Shown: in pieces, positions 9,127 through 17,237 of the stretch
Numbering within the stretch: position 1 is the first letter of the stretch
How the letters are laid out: each line of letters begins with the position of its first letter
Source of the DNA: Pirellulales bacterium
GTDB lineage: Bacteria; Planctomycetota; Planctomycetia; Pirellulales; JALHPA01
Direction: 5' to 3'
Assembly: GCA_963829655.1 (NCBI GenBank)
Contig: CAWHJG010000002.1
Location: 5,616,917-5,680,916, forward strand
DNA length: 64,000 bases
The notes under the pieces: model-generated
Told to the model about the DNA's origin: nothing
Seen by the model: only the letters and a program-made list of their open reading frames with translations
Databases searched by the model: none
Position numbers and translations under genes: made by a program

Positions 9127-10320
9127 ATGCGAAAAGTCCTTATTGCGTGGGAACTCGGCGCTGGATTTGGCCATGTAGCGCATCTTGTTCCGATTACGAA
9201 GGCGATCCGAGCAAGGGGCGTTCGCGTTACCGCGGTGCTTTCGAACGTTGCTCGCGGTGGACCAATACTCGCGACTGTTGGCGCCGAAACGTTGCCGTGT
9301 CCGACGGACCAATATCAATCGCCGGGGCCGATTTTTCCGACGCGCACATACTCGCACCTGCTTCATGATGTCGGATTTGATCGCCAACAGGTGCTGGCAT
9401 CGCGCGTCGGTGCTTGGCGACGTCTGATTTCTGAAATTCAGCCCGATTTCGTACTTTGCGACCACAGCCCGACTGCTCTTCTCGCATTGCGTGGTTCGCC
9501 GATTCCCCGAGCCACGATCGGAACTGGCTTTTTCTGTCCGCCAGAAAGCGCGTTCGCCGAGTGGCCGGTCCCCACGCCGCCCGGGTATACGCGCGATCTT
9601 AAGGCGGATAATCAACACGTCCTAAACAACGTGAATTCGGTGCTCGCACAATTGACAGTCCCCGCGTTAAAGTCACTGGAACAACTCTTTGCGGAAGTCG
9701 ATGATGAGTTTTTGATAACAGTGCCGGAGTTGGATCATTTTACTGACCGTCAGGGAAGCAAATATCTTGGAGTTCTTCAAACTCCGCTTGGCGAACCTGT
9801 CGAGTGGCCCTCGCAAGGGCGACAACGCGTATTCGCCTATCTCAAAAATTTCCCAGTACTTAGCCGCTTGGTGGGATCGCTTCGGAACTCGGAATACTCA
9901 ACGCTGATGTTCATTGACGGACCGCCCGAGCACGTGGCGGGAATGCAGGAGACTGGCAATTTCTGCCTGTTGAGGCAACCAGCAAGCATGACGCCGGTCG
10001 CGAAAGAAGCTGACGTCGGCATTACAAACGCGAACCACGGCACAATCTGTGACTTCCTTCTCGCCGGCAAACCGCTACTCCTGATCCCGCTCACAAGCGA
10101 GCAGTACTTGTTGGCAAGGCGCGTCGAAGAAGCTGGCCTGGGACTGATGGCAGCGGCAAACGACTTGAAAGCGATCAACAGCTGTCTGAAACGATCGCTC
10201 GCGGATGACTCTTTTCGCACTGCCGCGGCTGAATTCCAACAACGCTACACAGCTAACTCAACGGATTTCGTTTCCAATCAGATCGCGGACCGGATCGCAG
10301 AACTTGCGCCACGAGATTAA
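9127..10320 (+). CDS. GT-B fold glycosyltransferase (GT1/MGT-like), paralog 1
   Basis: 397 aa. N-terminal LIAWELGAGFGHVAHLVPI glycine-rich loop. C-terminal nucleotide-sugar motif ITNANHGTICDFLLAGKPLLLIPLTSEQYLLARRVEEAGLG. Divergent from the RHS copy 1 start, with a 451-bp gap. Confidence 0.8.
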   Translation: MRKVLIAWELGAGFGHVAHLVPITKAIRARGVRVTAVLSNVARGGPILATVGAETLPCPTDQYQSPGPIFPTRTYSHLLHDVGFDRQQVLASRVGAWRRLISEIQPDFVLCDHSPTALLALRGSPIPRATIGTGFFCPPESAFAEWPVPTPPGYTRDLKADNQHVLNNVNSVLAQLTVPALKSLEQLFAEVDDEFLITVPELDHFTDRQGSKYLGVLQTPLGEPVEWPSQGRQRVFAYLKNFPVLSRLVGSLRNSEYSTLMFIDGPPEHVAGMQETGNFCLLRQPASMTPVAKEADVGITNANHGTICDFLLAGKPLLLIPLTSEQYLLARRVEEAGLGLMAAANDLKAINSCLKRSLADDSFRTAAAEFQQRYTANSTDFVSNQIADRIAELAPRD

Positions 10321-10712
10321 CGACCTGAACAGTCGCGCCGAATGAAAGGCAGACACAGGGTGGGGGAATGGCACTTTCGATGCTTTCTTACGCCAGCATT
10401 ACCGTTCGCGTCCTGGCACGCACCTCTTGTACTACTTGCCCAGTATAACTTTGAAAATCGTGTGTCGAGGCACGCGAGATCGCGCTTGCGGAGGACGGCA
10501 CGCGGCCGATTCAGGCGATCGTATTCCTCGGGCGTCGCTTAACGGCCCGGGGTTCGATTCGGTTGGCGAAAATCTATCCCGGTCTGTGAACGGTTACGGC
10601 CTCCTCGTACACGTAGATGCAGAGGGATGGATTGGAATGCTATTGCGCTGTAATGTGATGATTTCCCAACTAACCGCTATTCCACTAGAATATTCCAGCC
10701 CATCGCAAAAAA

Positions 10713-11516
10713 ATGAACGCCAAAAACGATCTCCGAGCACGCACGGCCAAAACGCGAAACCAGGTCGCAAAGGCTTTCGGCGTGCCGATCGAAGCGCTGG
10801 AACATTGGGAGAAGAAAGGCTGCAAAGCACTTGGCAAAAAAGCGTACGACGAGAACGGTGGATTCTACAACGTACTAGAGATTGACGAATGGGTGGTCGC
10901 GACGCTACGGACTGATCGCGGATTTTTCGAAGCAGTAAAGCAAAGCTTACTGGGCAAGTTCGCCATAGGTAGCGCGGCCGGCAGCGGCTTGCTTGGAGGA
11001 CTTGCTTGGAATTTTACGGAATCGGCAGTGTCAAAGACTGGCGAAAACCTTGGCGATCGCATTTTGCCTCCGCCATCAGCGGTTTCAACCGACGATCAAG
11101 TAGATGACACAAAGAAATCGAAGGAGCAGAGTCCCTGGCAAGCCGTTTTTAAAGATTTGGGAATGGAATTGGAAGATGCCTCCAAGCGCAGAATGGCCGA
11201 ATTGAAAGAGGCCAGTTCAGATTTTCTAAAATGGACGAGGATGCCGATCGACGACCAAATCTTTGAGGCAGTTCACGCAGACTGGAAAGAGTTGATGGAA
11301 TCAGCACGTAGCGACTTGCTTCGGGTTGAGCAGGCCACGCGGTTTTTGTCGGAAATCAATTTGGCACGCGAGCAAGCAGGAAAGCCCTGGATCGAATTTG
11401 ATAAAGTACTCGAACATATTTCAAATCGTAGGAGTCCCATCACGGAAGTGGAGGTCTCCACACTCAGCGACTGGCGATCATCTCCACTGAGCACTTTCCT
11501 TCAACCGGATTCTTGA
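10713..11516 (+). CDS. Hypothetical protein with an N-terminal Nu1/terminase-small-like HTH
   Basis: 267 aa. NQVAKAFGVPIEALEHWEKKGCKALGKK...GGFYNVLEIDEWVV resembles Nu1-type winged HTH proteins. The rest is acidic and helical. The family call is by eye only. Confidence 0.45.
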   Translation: MNAKNDLRARTAKTRNQVAKAFGVPIEALEHWEKKGCKALGKKAYDENGGFYNVLEIDEWVVATLRTDRGFFEAVKQSLLGKFAIGSAAGSGLLGGLAWNFTESAVSKTGENLGDRILPPPSAVSTDDQVDDTKKSKEQSPWQAVFKDLGMELEDASKRRMAELKEASSDFLKWTRMPIDDQIFEAVHADWKELMESARSDLLRVEQATRFLSEINLAREQAGKPWIEFDKVLEHISNRRSPITEVEVSTLSDWRSSPLSTFLQPDS

Positions 11517-11559
11517 GGTGCTTGAGTTTTTCCGGACAGTCCAACTCCTTATTCTTCAA

Positions 11560-11860
11560 GGAAAAGGAAGGACGATCCGATGGCCAGACGAAGGAGAAGG
11601 CCAAGGCGCGGGCACGGCGCAGTTATTCCCAGGAGTTAAGCAGGACGCCGTGCAGATGCTTCTCGACGGTCATTCCGCGGTCTCGGTGGCCGAGCGACTG
11701 GGACTCTCGGGGCCGAACGTGCCCTATCGCTGGAAGCGGGACGCCAAGCATCGCGCGGGACCGGCCGCGCGGATGCTCGGCGATCGCGTGGGCCAGCTCG
11801 AAGACGAGCTCCGCCGCGTCGAGCGTGAACGCGACATCTTAAAAAAGCGTTGGCCACGCG
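11560..11860 (+). mobile_element. IS3-family OrfA (HTH_Tnp_1) remnant, frame-broken and lacking OrfB
   Basis: ...ARRSYSQE in one frame and KQDAVQMLLDGHSAVSVAERLGLSGPNVPYRWKRD...LEDELRRVERERDILKK in the next, with the break at ~11633. No DDE OrfB follows. Confidence 0.7.
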
Positions 11861-12552
11861 CGCTTGTCTATCCAACTTTGCGACTCAATGGAACTTGACT
11901 TGCCCGGGATCGAAAGTATGTGACGCACAGGTCGAACCGACCTGGGTCACGAGCGCGGACCTTGCCAACGCGCGTTGGTCACATCGACGTCACATTGACG
12001 GATGCATCTGACGGCAGTTGCACCAATTCTTGTGCCTACCATCTGACTGCAATCAGGTGCAGGCAGCAGTTCTGCGTGCCGTCAGCCGCTCTGACGAGGT
12101 TCTGCAAACGCTGACAGGCAACAGCATTAGTCTTGCGTCGTAGCCGACTTGCCACTGGCGGGGGCAGTCTTCTGCGCATCCTGTTACGCGGAAAGTTACC
12201 GGCGGAAACGAGATGCGGTTATTTAACAATGCGACGTGTATCACAATCGCGATACGGTCACGTGCGCAGAAGCTGCTGCTGCCGCCACTTTGGCGCTTGT
12301 TTTGTGGTGATACTGGGCCGCCGGATCGGGTCCGAAGTTCATGTGGACGCCAATCTCGTAATAAATAAATCAAATGTCCGCCCGCCTGTCCCGAGAGCGA
12401 CCTTCTGCGCTTGCGAATGACACCAGGCCGAGTCGGAGTTTGGTACCGTCGTATCACACCAAATCTGGGCGAGCAGCTGATGGCGTCGGTGCCGCTCGAG
12501 TTTAGTTCTCTAAAGAACCGAAGGTTCCAGGGCCGGACCTCGCGAAAGAGAC

Positions 12553-13500
12553 TCAATCTAACAGTCCAAGTTCTTTGAGCCGTTGAAGAGTCGAAATGTA
12601 TCGCAACAACCAACCTCGCCTCGCCTCGTTGATGAAGATGTCGTCAAAGCCGTATTTGCAATATCGGCAACTCACCAAACCTTTGCCGTCGCAGACATTG
12701 CATTTCACTCTGATTGGTCTGTTTTCAAGAATGGCCGAGCCATCTGGAAAGCGATGAACATCTTTGCGATAACCTCGAACTGTGCCTTGTCCACAGTTTC
12801 TATCGGGACACTCCAACGCGTTCCTTCCATAGCAGGCAACACACCAAGGGTCGTCTAGTGGGTCCCAGCTGATTTCCCCGAGCTTTTTTGTAACAGCTCT
12901 GAAAGCATCCGGTTCTCGCATACAAATAATGCGAACAGTGGCGTTGCGAACTTTTTCCACGGCATCTTCCCAACTAAGCTCAGGCAACTCGTCAGTTGTT
13001 GCGGAGTACTCCGGCACGTGGTTATGAATATAGTCAAAGCATCGCCGTGCCGGTACCGCTAGTGAGAACTTGTCGCGGTAAGTTGCTGTATTGATCCCGA
13101 CTATTAATCCACGTCGATTACATACAGGTCCGCCACTGTTTCCACCTAGAATGACTGCGTCGTGCATCAGATAATCTAGATAATTCGGATCGAAGAAACC
13201 TTTGAGAGGAGGCAACGAGGTCACGACACCACTACTGACCTTCAGATTGGAGCCGAGATTCGTGGGCTCGGGGTATCCCAAAGCGCGAAGTTCAGCGGAG
13301 AGCCGAAGAGAGGCCGTATCGAAGCATGTCGGAGCTAAACTCGCACCTGTCATCTCGACAAGCGCGAGATCAAGAGCTGGCTCTTCAGAAATGTGCTTGA
13401 TTCGCGCAGGTCTGGGCTCGCCACCATCCCCACTCACTATTTGGACAGCAAGTGCCTCCTCGACAACATGCCGATTAGTGAGAACCAAGCCGTCCATCAC
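12553..13500 (-). CDS. Trypsin-like serine peptidase (S1) with a C-terminal DnaJ-type CxxCxGxG zinc finger
   Basis: Catalytic triad context TNRHVV / DLALVE / GNSGGPV. C-terminal CVACYGRN...CNVCDGKGLVSCRYC. The frame is open upstream to ~13590 without a start (…ELIPYASGSGVLV), so this is probably the 3' part of the 13497..14657 gene, across a frame break at ~13575. Confidence 0.8.
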   Translation of the reverse strand: MMDGLVLTNRHVVEEALAVQIVSGDGGEPRPARIKHISEEPALDLALVEMTGASLAPTCFDTASLRLSAELRALGYPEPTNLGSNLKVSSGVVTSLPPLKGFFDPNYLDYLMHDAVILGGNSGGPVCNRRGLIVGINTATYRDKFSLAVPARRCFDYIHNHVPEYSATTDELPELSWEDAVEKVRNATVRIICMREPDAFRAVTKKLGEISWDPLDDPWCVACYGRNALECPDRNCGQGTVRGYRKDVHRFPDGSAILENRPIRVKCNVCDGKGLVSCRYCKYGFDDIFINEARRGWLLRYISTLQRLKELGLLD

Positions 13501-14657
13501 AAGTACGCCCGAACCAGATGCGTAAGGAATGAGTTCGCGCGCGTCTGATTCCGCGACCCCGGGTGGCGCATAGTTGGCTGAGGCACCGCGGCGTCAACCT
13601 CTTCGACGAGCGGCAGGTACCGCCAGCCGCGGTCCGGATCGTGTGACTCCTTTGTCTTGCCAAGTTGCGACTCAAGTTTTGAGAGTTGTTTGAATTCTGC
13701 GTCGCTAAGATAAAAGTGATCGGGCCCCCCGGTGCGAGCATTTGTTGCAGGACGAGCCAGGAGTCGGAAACGAGCGACGTTGTGCAATACTGATTTCGGA
13801 GCAGCCTTCACACCGACTAATTTCATCCAAGTTTGGATTACATCTCCGAATCGCCTCTGTCGGAGTTTTGCTAAAGCAAGATTATTGAATGAGGCTACTA
13901 GGTTCCACTTTTCTTGATCTGTTAGTTCATCTACATTGTTCTCTCTTCGTTTGACGCACTGCGAGAAACACTTCTCAGCTTCTTTGGCATCAAGTTTCAA
14001 GGAGTGCAGCGCACACAACAATCCCAAGCGAAAGTATCCTCGAATTCCGTCCGGGTTGGCTCGGCCCGACTCAAGCAGCCATTTCTCTCCAGTCTCGACG
14101 TCATCAGAGGCAATGGCGGTTTCCGCCAAGCCTAGAATGTCAGTCTCTCGTTGAACGAGCAGGTTGGCATCCTTGCGACTCAACCAGACTGAGCCGACAC
14201 GGACGAATTCAAGCTTCGCTGCCAGTTCCCATCGGCCGAGCGATTTAAGAGCCTGTTTACGTTCTTCATCATCCGTCGTGGACGCTTCAATGAAATCTTG
14301 GTAGAGAGCAAGCGCACCCTTTGCCGTGCGCTTTCGTTCGGCGGCTGCGGCAAGTGCGGATGCGCTAACCGGCATTTGCCGTGATACAGACAATGTCGGC
14401 TTGCTTGAGAGGAGTGTTTTAAGGAAGGCGTTGTCCGCCTCACTAAGGACGGCGGTGGGCACTTCGATGATCCGCGCATCGTCTCGACGACGTAAACGGA
14501 CTAAACTTTCCGTCGAGTCAACAAATTCAGCAACGACTTCGAATTTACCGGTACGATCTTTCCAAATACGAAGCTCGCCGCTCAAGCTGGACCCGGTACG
14601 AAGAAAGACAAGAAGAAAGCCGCTTAAGATCAACAGCGAAGCGCGGGAATCACACAT
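13497..14657 (-). CDS. Membrane-anchored SHD1-domain / TPR-like protein (probable 5' part of the protease gene)
   Basis: The likely start is MCDSRASLLILSGFLLVFL (a TM/signal segment), followed by the SHD1 signature GELRIWKDRTGKFEVVAEFVDSTESLVRLRRRDDARIIEVPTAVLSEADNAFL and then helical repeats. The listed ORF start at 14852 adds a non-protein-like extension. Confidence 0.75.
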   Translation of the reverse strand: MCDSRASLLILSGFLLVFLRTGSSLSGELRIWKDRTGKFEVVAEFVDSTESLVRLRRRDDARIIEVPTAVLSEADNAFLKTLLSSKPTLSVSRQMPVSASALAAAAERKRTAKGALALYQDFIEASTTDDEERKQALKSLGRWELAAKLEFVRVGSVWLSRKDANLLVQRETDILGLAETAIASDDVETGEKWLLESGRANPDGIRGYFRLGLLCALHSLKLDAKEAEKCFSQCVKRRENNVDELTDQEKWNLVASFNNLALAKLRQRRFGDVIQTWMKLVGVKAAPKSVLHNVARFRLLARPATNARTGGPDHFYLSDAEFKQLSKLESQLGKTKESHDPDRGWRYLPLVEEVDAAVPQPTMRHPGSRNQTRANSFLTHLVRAYL

Positions 14658-15626
14658 CTGACCGGCCCCCAAAATGACAGGTGTACTATCGGCCTGTCTC
14701 GGTTCTGTTCGCCACTGTAGCCAATCAACAGATGAATAAGCAAGGGTTGTCCCGCTCCACGGACACGCCCCTGTTGGTCGCAGCGAGGAGTTGCCGGACT
14801 TAGGATGCGGTTCTTCGAACGCTGGCTGGCCCGACGCGAGATCCAAACGCAATCCAGCCGGCGCAGCACAGTGAGCGGGAGGATCAACTGGCCGTATTGA
14901 GCGGCTTGTATGGTCCCCCTAGCAGGTCCGCAACGCTCCAAATGAAATTGACCTTGTCGCCAAAGTTGTTCACAGGCGATTTCTACTGCTCAGTTTCCAA
15001 TTCGATTTCGGCTTCCATTCCGGCTTCGACCTCGGATTCGAGTTCAAGTACCGCGGCAAAGCGGCTCGTAGATTGGGATTTCTTGGCCCACGATCTCAAA
15101 CGTCACCGCCGGCGTGTATCGTGCGACTGAATCCGGGTCATGACTGGCTCTGTAGAAAACTGGCTTTTGCTAGCTAGGACTCGTCGGAGAGTCTGGTCGA
15201 TGAGTGAACGTTGCAAATCGGCGTCACAAAAACGTCGAGATCCAAATCGAGCACGCGCATGCTCTTGACTCAAACATTTAAGAAGGGCTGATGACTCTCG
15301 CAACGAAGTATGGCAACAGCGGCGGCGAACTTAGATTGTCGCCGAACACCGAAAATTCCGCCACGGAGTGCAATCCATGCCGGGTCTCCCAGTGGCGATC
15401 AGCGCGGCGGCGTCCGTCAACAACGATTTGCCGCTAGCAGGAATATTCGCGTCGATCAGAGCATAGCAAGCCCCTCGTCCAAAAACGGACCCAATGGGCG
15501 ATATGGCAGCCCGCTCACGCAAAACGATTTGAGAGACCGGCAGCGACATTCTATTTACCGAGCCCATTTTGTTAAATGTCGGCACCTGCGACGCATACGC
15601 GATTCAACGGCTGGCCATAGGCCTAG

Positions 15627-16814
15627 TCACGCCTTAAGGCTGGTAATTCTGTTGGCAATTGCGCTGGCGACACGCTCTCCAGACGACGCAAAGTACTGTC
15701 GTTGAAAATCGGTAGCGGCCGTGCGAAATGGTTGTTCCGTTAATAAGCGCCGCAAACAATTGACGATATCCTTCAGATCGTTTGCCGCAGCGCACAGACC
15801 CAGACCATTGGATTCGACCCGTTTAGCCAAGAGGAATTGCTCGCCCGATAGGGGGATCATCAGAACAGGCTTTCCAGCCAGCAAAAAATCGCACATCGTC
15901 CCATGGGTCGCGTGAGTAATCCCAATATCTGCCTCTTGTGCGACTTGAGCCATCTTGGCAGGCCGCGTGATTAATCGGAAGTTGTCACCGCCCGTCAACT
16001 GCGCGATCTCCGCGGGAGGTGCATCGATGAAGAGCAGCGTGGACAAGTCAGACCGTCGAAGCGAAGCGATTAGTCGGCCTAAGACGGGAGTGTCCTTCAA
16101 GTACGCAAAAACACGCTTGCCTTGCTTCAAAGGCCAAGTTGTCTCTTCGCCGAGCGACGTTTGGATTACTCCCAAATATGACTTCAACGGTCGGGCAGGG
16201 AAGTGATCGAGTTCCGGAAGCGTGATCAAGAACTCCGCATTCACTTCCGAAAAGAGCCGATCCAACGACAGCAATGGCTGAGCGCCGAGAGAGGAAAGCA
16301 CGTCATTGACGTTGCTCAACACCTGGGCGGTGTCACTCGCGAGATCACGGGATTCGCCGGGAGGTATTGGGACCGGCCACTCGTGAAAAGCGTCCTCCGG
16401 CGGGCAAAAAAATCCAGTTCCAATCGTCCCCCGTTTGATCGTAGTCGACCGCAGCGCTAAAAGGACTGTGGGACTGTGGTCGCAGAGCACAAAGTCGGGC
16501 TTGATGCGCTCTATTAGTTCTCGCCATAAAGAGACGCGGGCTTTCAGAACTTCTTTCGCATCGAAGCCGACGTCGTGGAGCAAATGAGCGTAAGTTCGTG
16601 TCGGGAATATGGGATTTGCCGCTCGGTACTCTTCGGTCGGACATGGAAGAACCTCAACACCGGTTGCTCTGAGCACAGGACCAGCACGCTCCACGTTTGA
16701 AAGCGCAGCGACGACACGGCAACCATCCCCGCGCAGTGCCTTGGCAATTGGCGCGAGATGCGCAACGTGCCCATAACCCCCACCTAACTCCCATGCAATT
16801 AGGACAGTGCCCAT
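15627..16814 (-). CDS. GT-B fold glycosyltransferase, paralog 2
   Basis: MGTVLIAWELGGGYGHVAHLAPI...ITHATHGTMCDFLLAGKPVLMIPLSGEQFLLAKRVESNGLG. Colinear with 9127..10320 along its whole length. Divergent from the RHS copy 2 start. Confidence 0.8.
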   Translation of the reverse strand: MGTVLIAWELGGGYGHVAHLAPIAKALRGDGCRVVAALSNVERAGPVLRATGVEVLPCPTEEYRAANPIFPTRTYAHLLHDVGFDAKEVLKARVSLWRELIERIKPDFVLCDHSPTVLLALRSTTIKRGTIGTGFFCPPEDAFHEWPVPIPPGESRDLASDTAQVLSNVNDVLSSLGAQPLLSLDRLFSEVNAEFLITLPELDHFPARPLKSYLGVIQTSLGEETTWPLKQGKRVFAYLKDTPVLGRLIASLRRSDLSTLLFIDAPPAEIAQLTGGDNFRLITRPAKMAQVAQEADIGITHATHGTMCDFLLAGKPVLMIPLSGEQFLLAKRVESNGLGLCAAANDLKDIVNCLRRLLTEQPFRTAATDFQRQYFASSGERVASAIANRITSLKA

Positions 16815-17237
16815 TCGCGTACCTCCGTCAAACGCGACCGCAACCCGCGCGCCCCGATCCCTTAATGTGGCTTCCCGCAAAATTAGAAGATTCTTCTTCG
16901 AACTACTTGACCGCTCTCGTACGGCGCCTAAAGTGGGATTGTACCTGCGAAACGGGAACTGTGAGAGGGAGCGGATTCATCGAGTCATAACGCCGGCGCG
17001 TCGTTCTGATTGGCCAGTATATCTGAAAGCGGCCAGTGGCGTTCGTGATTTGAAGACGGGACGAGCTTTAGGCGAGCCCATCCCGCCTTTCTTCGCAGTC
17101 GGATGTCAAACTGCATGAGCGCACCGTACGCGATGGTGGCGACGCCGCTACCACCACACCCAACGAGCCGCCGGCCGGCCCGCTGTCGGTTCATTTTGTC
17201 TTTGATTTGCATTCCATTCGCCCCAACGGAGTATTCG

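Larger units (their letters stand above)
12231..14901. repeat. Segmental duplication, copy A (full length)
   Basis: 12231-12583 and 13933-14901 are near-identical by eye to 36100-36439 and 36440-37408. Copy B lacks 12584-13932. Confidence 0.9.

Noticed and set aside
10541-10570. A tRNA-like T-loop string, GGGGTTCGATTCGG, lies in the intergenic region after GT1.
   Set aside because: The flanking bases do not form a 5-bp T-stem, and no acceptor, D or anticodon arms can be drawn. It is probably a chance match.
12231-12552. I considered whether the duplicated non-coding block is a tmRNA, RNase P RNA or SRP RNA. On the minus strand it has a ...GUAUCACCA end, a GAUACGACGG stretch and GAGGUCCGGCCC.
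   Set aside because: No 7-bp acceptor pairing can be drawn between the putative 5' and 3' ends, and there is no T-arm (GGUUCGAnUCC) and no tag-like ORF ending in an Ala-Ala stop. The RNase P P4 consensus (GAGGAAAGUCCGGGCU) and the SRP GGAA motifs are absent. The length between the candidate ends (~190 nt) is too short for a tmRNA. I kept it only as an unclassified conserved non-coding block.
12053-12613. 186-aa and 192-aa minus-strand ORFs (12053..12613 and 35701..36279), plus several overlapping plus-strand ORFs.
   Set aside because: Their sequences are arginine/serine-rich and of low complexity. They overlap the conserved non-coding block or the AAA+ fragment in other frames, and nothing supports them as coding.
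14902-15626. Possible small genes between duplicate copy A and GT2, including 15103..15303, 15331..15585 and an acidic tail ...FAAVLELESEVEAGMEAEIELETEQ* in the frame that follows an in-frame TGA.
   Set aside because: There are no recognisable motifs, several frames overlap, and the frame is interrupted. The evidence is insufficient to call a CDS, and these may be remnants.
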